From positions 622,165 through 686,164 of the forward strand of contig NW_003314263.1 in NCBI RefSeq assembly GCF_000143415.4: DNA of 64,000 bases, read 5' to 3'. Made by a program: the position numbers and the translations under genes. Under the pieces are notes generated by a model. That model was not told the origin of the DNA. It did no database searches and was given only the letters and a program-made list of their open reading frames with translations. Shown here piece after piece: positions 60,301 through 64,000 of this stretch. Position 1 is the first letter of the stretch. Every line of letters begins with the position of its first letter. This stretch comes from Selaginella moellendorffii (lineage: Eukaryota > Plantae > Lycopodiophyta).

Positions 60301-60427
60301 TTGGCAGCAATTATCCTTCACACAACCAGTTAAGTTGCTTTCATTCTCCCGAATAACCCCATTGGATGTCTTGCCTTATGAAGGCCATGGAATGAAAGGG
60401 ATTTAATGGGAACTGAAAAAGGGATAT
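57360..60427 (+). pseudogene. Decayed multi-exon ParB-like plus MTase-like gene, divergent from the MULE-like transposase
   Basis: The frame of ORF 57722-58024 continues to GKMFYIINRNHH*CAWM (58265-58315), which becomes IIDGNHR if three CpG>CpA changes are reverted; FMLFDMPDGLP..IPSWN at about 60200-60265 resembles the MTase DPPY strand. Confidence 0.6.
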
Positions 60428-63341
60428 TGTCAAGACCCCTAACAAGATCAAGACTGGAAAATGCAAAAAGACAAAGAGAAAAGCTAGTGGAAACAAAGAA
60501 AAGGCCTTAGACTGGCGTTAATTCAGATTGTGGAGAAATGGAACAAGGCTAACCTATATATATTATAGGTTGATGAAGCTCCACTACTCTTGGATCGAGG
60601 ACGGCCTAAATATAGCTGAGGTCGAGGAGGCGCCACATCATCATCAGGAATGTGGCTCGAGACTCAGGAATCGGGAAGTGTCTCGAGAGTCAGGAATAGG
60701 GAAGTGTTTCGAGAGTCAGGAATAGGGAAGTGTCTCGAGAGTTAGGAATGTGGTCTGCAGGTCAGGAATTCGGCGAGAGTCAAGAATGTGGCAAGAATTG
60801 GGGGATTCCTGACAGCACCCCCTCCTCAAGAACGAGTGGAACGAGGATGTGAACGAGAACGAAGAGGAGGATGAGATGAGCGGCGAGGGATGGGAGATGG
60901 AGAAAAAGAATGAAGACTGGGACGAGAAGGATAGCGGCGGTGGAAGTCCTAAACAAGGTCAGGAGAATGAATCAGGTTGTCCGCAGGTTCCCAAGTGCGT
61001 TCCTCAGGTCCGTAACCCTTCCAGTCCACTAGATAGTAGAGTTTAGACTGTGAAATCTTGGAATCAAGGATGTCCTGAACCTCGTACTCAAACCCATCCT
61101 CGAGCTGCACTGGTGGAGGCGGAGGAATGACCCGATTTGGAATAGGATTGGGAATATAAGGCTCAAGGAGAGAGGAGTGAAAAACGGGGTGAATTTGATA
61201 TGAGGAGGGAAGTGCAAGGCGATAAGTGACAGGATTAATGATGGCAGTGATAGGGAAAGGACCAAGGCGTTTGAAATCGAGTTTTGGACAGGGCCTGGTG
61301 GTGGAGATATTTTGCCTGAGGAGCCAGACTTTATCCCTGATATTGTAAGGAGGACAATCCTGACGATGGACATTGGCAAATGTTTTCTGAGATTCCTGAG
61401 CACGATGGAGGTGGAAGGAGATGGAGTTGTGGATTTCCTGGAGGTTGGAGATAAATGCCTCAGAGCGGGGATTTGAACGAGAGGATTCAGATGGAGAACG
61501 AAGTGAGAGATTGAATCGGAGATTTCGGCCAGAGTTCGCAAAGAAGGGGGAAACTCGAAGAGAGGAGTGAACAGAGTTGTTATAGGAGAACTCAGCAAGG
61601 GGAAGGATATCGAACCAGTTATCCTGATGATAGTTGATGAAGCACCTCAAGAATTGTTCCAACGTCTGAATCGTTCGCTCAGACTGCCCATCAGTTTGAG
61701 GATGATATGTCGAAGAGAGGTTGGCCTTCACTCCAAGCAGCTGCAAAAACCGTTGCCAGAAATGAGAGATGAACTGAGGCCCCCAATCCGAAACCACATC
61801 TGTAGGAATCCCATGAAGTCGGAAAATTTCCCTAAATACCAGTTTTGCCATGTCCTCGCCCGAAAACTCCTTGGTACATGGCAAGAAGTGCGCCATCTTT
61901 GTGAAGCGATCCACCACGACTAAAATGTTGTTGAAGCCTCCAGAACTCGGAAGATCACTCAAGAAATCCATGGAGATGGATTCCCAAGGACCTGAAGGGA
62001 CTGGAAGGGAACGAAGCAAACCTGAAGGAAGGTGGCGAGGTACCTTATTCCGGGCACAAGTGTCACAGGAGGTAACAAAAGCTTTGATGTAGTCGTCCAT
62101 GTGAGGCCACCAAAAGTCCCGTGCAACTAGCTCATAAGTTTTCGCAATGCCGAAGTGACCAGCAGTCGGGCTATCGTGGCACGCCATCAGGACCAACCTT
62201 CGAGCATCACCTTCAGGAACGTAAAGCTGCTCCCCACGGTACAATAAGCCATCTAAGAACTTGAACTTGTCAAATCGCCGGCAGTCGGGAGTCACTGGGT
62301 GTCCAGCCTGAAGATGGGGGAAAATGTCGCTAGCGAGATCATCGGATTGAAGATCGTTTCTGATTGCATCCATCAAGGAGGAGTCCTGAGGGGCCAGGGA
62401 AATTGCCATAACTTGAAGCCGATCAGGACCGAGGATAACTTGATCCTGTTGATCGAAGGCAGGATTACCAGGCCTGAGACTAAGATAGGAGCGCCTTGAA
62501 AGAGCATCAGGAAGGCCTTGAAACTTTCTAGGTCTGTACTTGATAACAAAGTCAAACCGACTCAAGAATTGTGCCCACCTTGCTTGACGACAGCTTAAAA
62601 CTCGGGAAGTGGCAAAGTACTCGAGATTTTTGTGATCCGTCCAGACTGTTGTTTGATGGCTCGCCCCCTCCAAGAAACGGCGCCACTCTCCAAAGGAATC
62701 CACGATGGCAAGGAGCTCCTTGTCGTGGATTTCGTAATTGATCTCCGCAGGCTGGAATTTCCGAGAATGGAAAGCGACCGGATGAAGTTCGTGATCCGCT
62801 CCGAGTTGAGACAGCACAGCACCAATGGCAAAGTCGGAGGCGTCAGCCTCGATGAAGAAAGGTTGTGAGGAATCAGCATGGATCAAGACAGGAGCAGAAC
62901 TGAAGGCCGCCTTGAGTGTGTCGAAGGCCTGCTAGGCAGCAGCAGACCAAGAGAAGGGAACATCCTTGTGAGTGAGATGTGTGAAAGGAAGGACAATGTC
63001 AAAGTAGTGATCAATGAATTTGCGGTAGAAGTTGGCGAAGCCAAGGAAAACCTGAACGTCCGACATTGATTGTGCAGGCTCCCATTCGAGAATAGTCTTG
63101 ACTTTGGCAGGATCCATTGTGATACCCTCAAGAGTGACAATGTACCCAAAGAACTCCACAGACTGCTGATCAAAGGAACATTTCTCAAGCTTCTCAAGCT
63201 TCACGTATAGGCCGTGTTCTCGCAGCTTCGCTAGCACCTTACGTACATGTTTGTCATGCTCCTCCTGAGTTTTTGAGTAGATGAGGATGTCATCGAGGTA
63301 GACGATCACCATCTGATGAAGAAACTCCCGAAAGACGTTGT
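60428..63341 (-). mobile_element. Tcn1-like Ty3/Gypsy chromovirus, 3' part (RT-RH-INT-chromodomain, PPT, 3' LTR 60428-60814)
   Basis: YLDDIL; ADASDFAIGAVL; NYEIHDKELLAIV; HPQTDGQSER; YEVQDILD..YLVDWKGY..TWEP; PPT TTGAGGAGGGGGTGC; LTR termini TGTCA...TGACA. Confidence 0.95.
60949..63341 (-). pseudogene. pol of the Tcn1-like element (stop at 62932, interrupted at 63342)
   Basis: ORFs 60949-62886 and 62932-63363 are in the same frame. Confidence 0.92.
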
Positions 63342-64000
63342 TGTAAGCGACTAAATTTTCCATTCTACTTTAGTCACTTAACCACACCTCTGACCACTTG
63401 GAGGAGTCTCATTCACAACCTCCATAAGTCCAATCCAGGACTTGGGACTTGCTAGCCCCGAGAATGGCATCCATGCCACTCAACATTTGCACTTGGTCCA
63501 AGTGCTCCACGTGTCCGATCCCATGACCGACACTCAAAGGTACCACCGACATAGCAGCCCGTTACGCTAAGGCCATGCCCAATCACCTTTGCCACACTGG
63601 TAGTCCAATACCACTTGCATCACCGTCTTGGCTCTCCAAGACTAGGCAAACCATCCGTGAGTGGTCATCTCAGATCCACTCCTTAGCATCCTTAGGATGC
63701 CCACCGACAAGGGGAATAGCCTTCCCCAATATCCCTCTGTCAGTCCCCACTAAGTCCCTTTCTGCCCCTGGCGGTGTTTGCCAACACTGCCACTGGATCG
63801 AGACTCACAGGCCCGACCACTAAGTCCCACGGTCCTCTGGGACTTCCTCACCACATGACTGTGTCCTTGGTCACTACCCCAGAGGACTGCTCCTCTTCCT
63901 TTCCACAGTCTGGGCCTTTGGGACAACATTTCGGAACACCATGGCCTTACGCGAGCCACCTGGGTACTCTCCTCGCCTTCTGCCCTTGGGTGCTCTAGCC
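63342..64000 (-). mobile_element. LTR of the non-autonomous family inserted in the RT of the Tcn1-like element (runs off the window)
   Basis: TGTAAGCGACTAAATTTTCC...; near identical to 39643-40300. Confidence 0.95.

Overview
Heterochromatic, almost entirely transposon-derived plant DNA. TTTAGGG telo-boxes, a Tcn1-type chromovirus and many 47-68 nt GT-AG introns suggest a seed-free plant such as Selaginella, but this is inference. Contents: (1) a decayed Ty3/Gypsy chromovirus (1-7255) whose integrase is split by two tiny spliceosomal introns; (2) many nested copies and solo LTRs of a related non-coding (LARD-like) LTR family; (3) a 14.4-kb DNA transposon (11202-25650; perfect 24-bp TIRs, ATTT TSD, Sola-like DDD transposase) carrying a divergently oriented ParB-like plus DNA-methyltransferase-like gene and an FCP1-like HAD gene, with about 25 copies of a private 22-bp palindrome spread from end to end; (4) a MULE/SWIM-like remnant (about 54.1-60.4 kb) that also carries a divergent ParB-like plus MTase-like gene; (5) an intron-containing fragment of the host mitochondrial DTC carrier gene inside one LTR; (6) a 5S-rDNA-containing Cassandra-like solo LTR; (7) a Tcn1-like chromovirus at the right end. 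The best candidate for an undescribed system is the transposon-borne ParB/MTase-like protein together with the dispersed palindromic sites. All domain calls come from motif recognition by eye, not from database searches.
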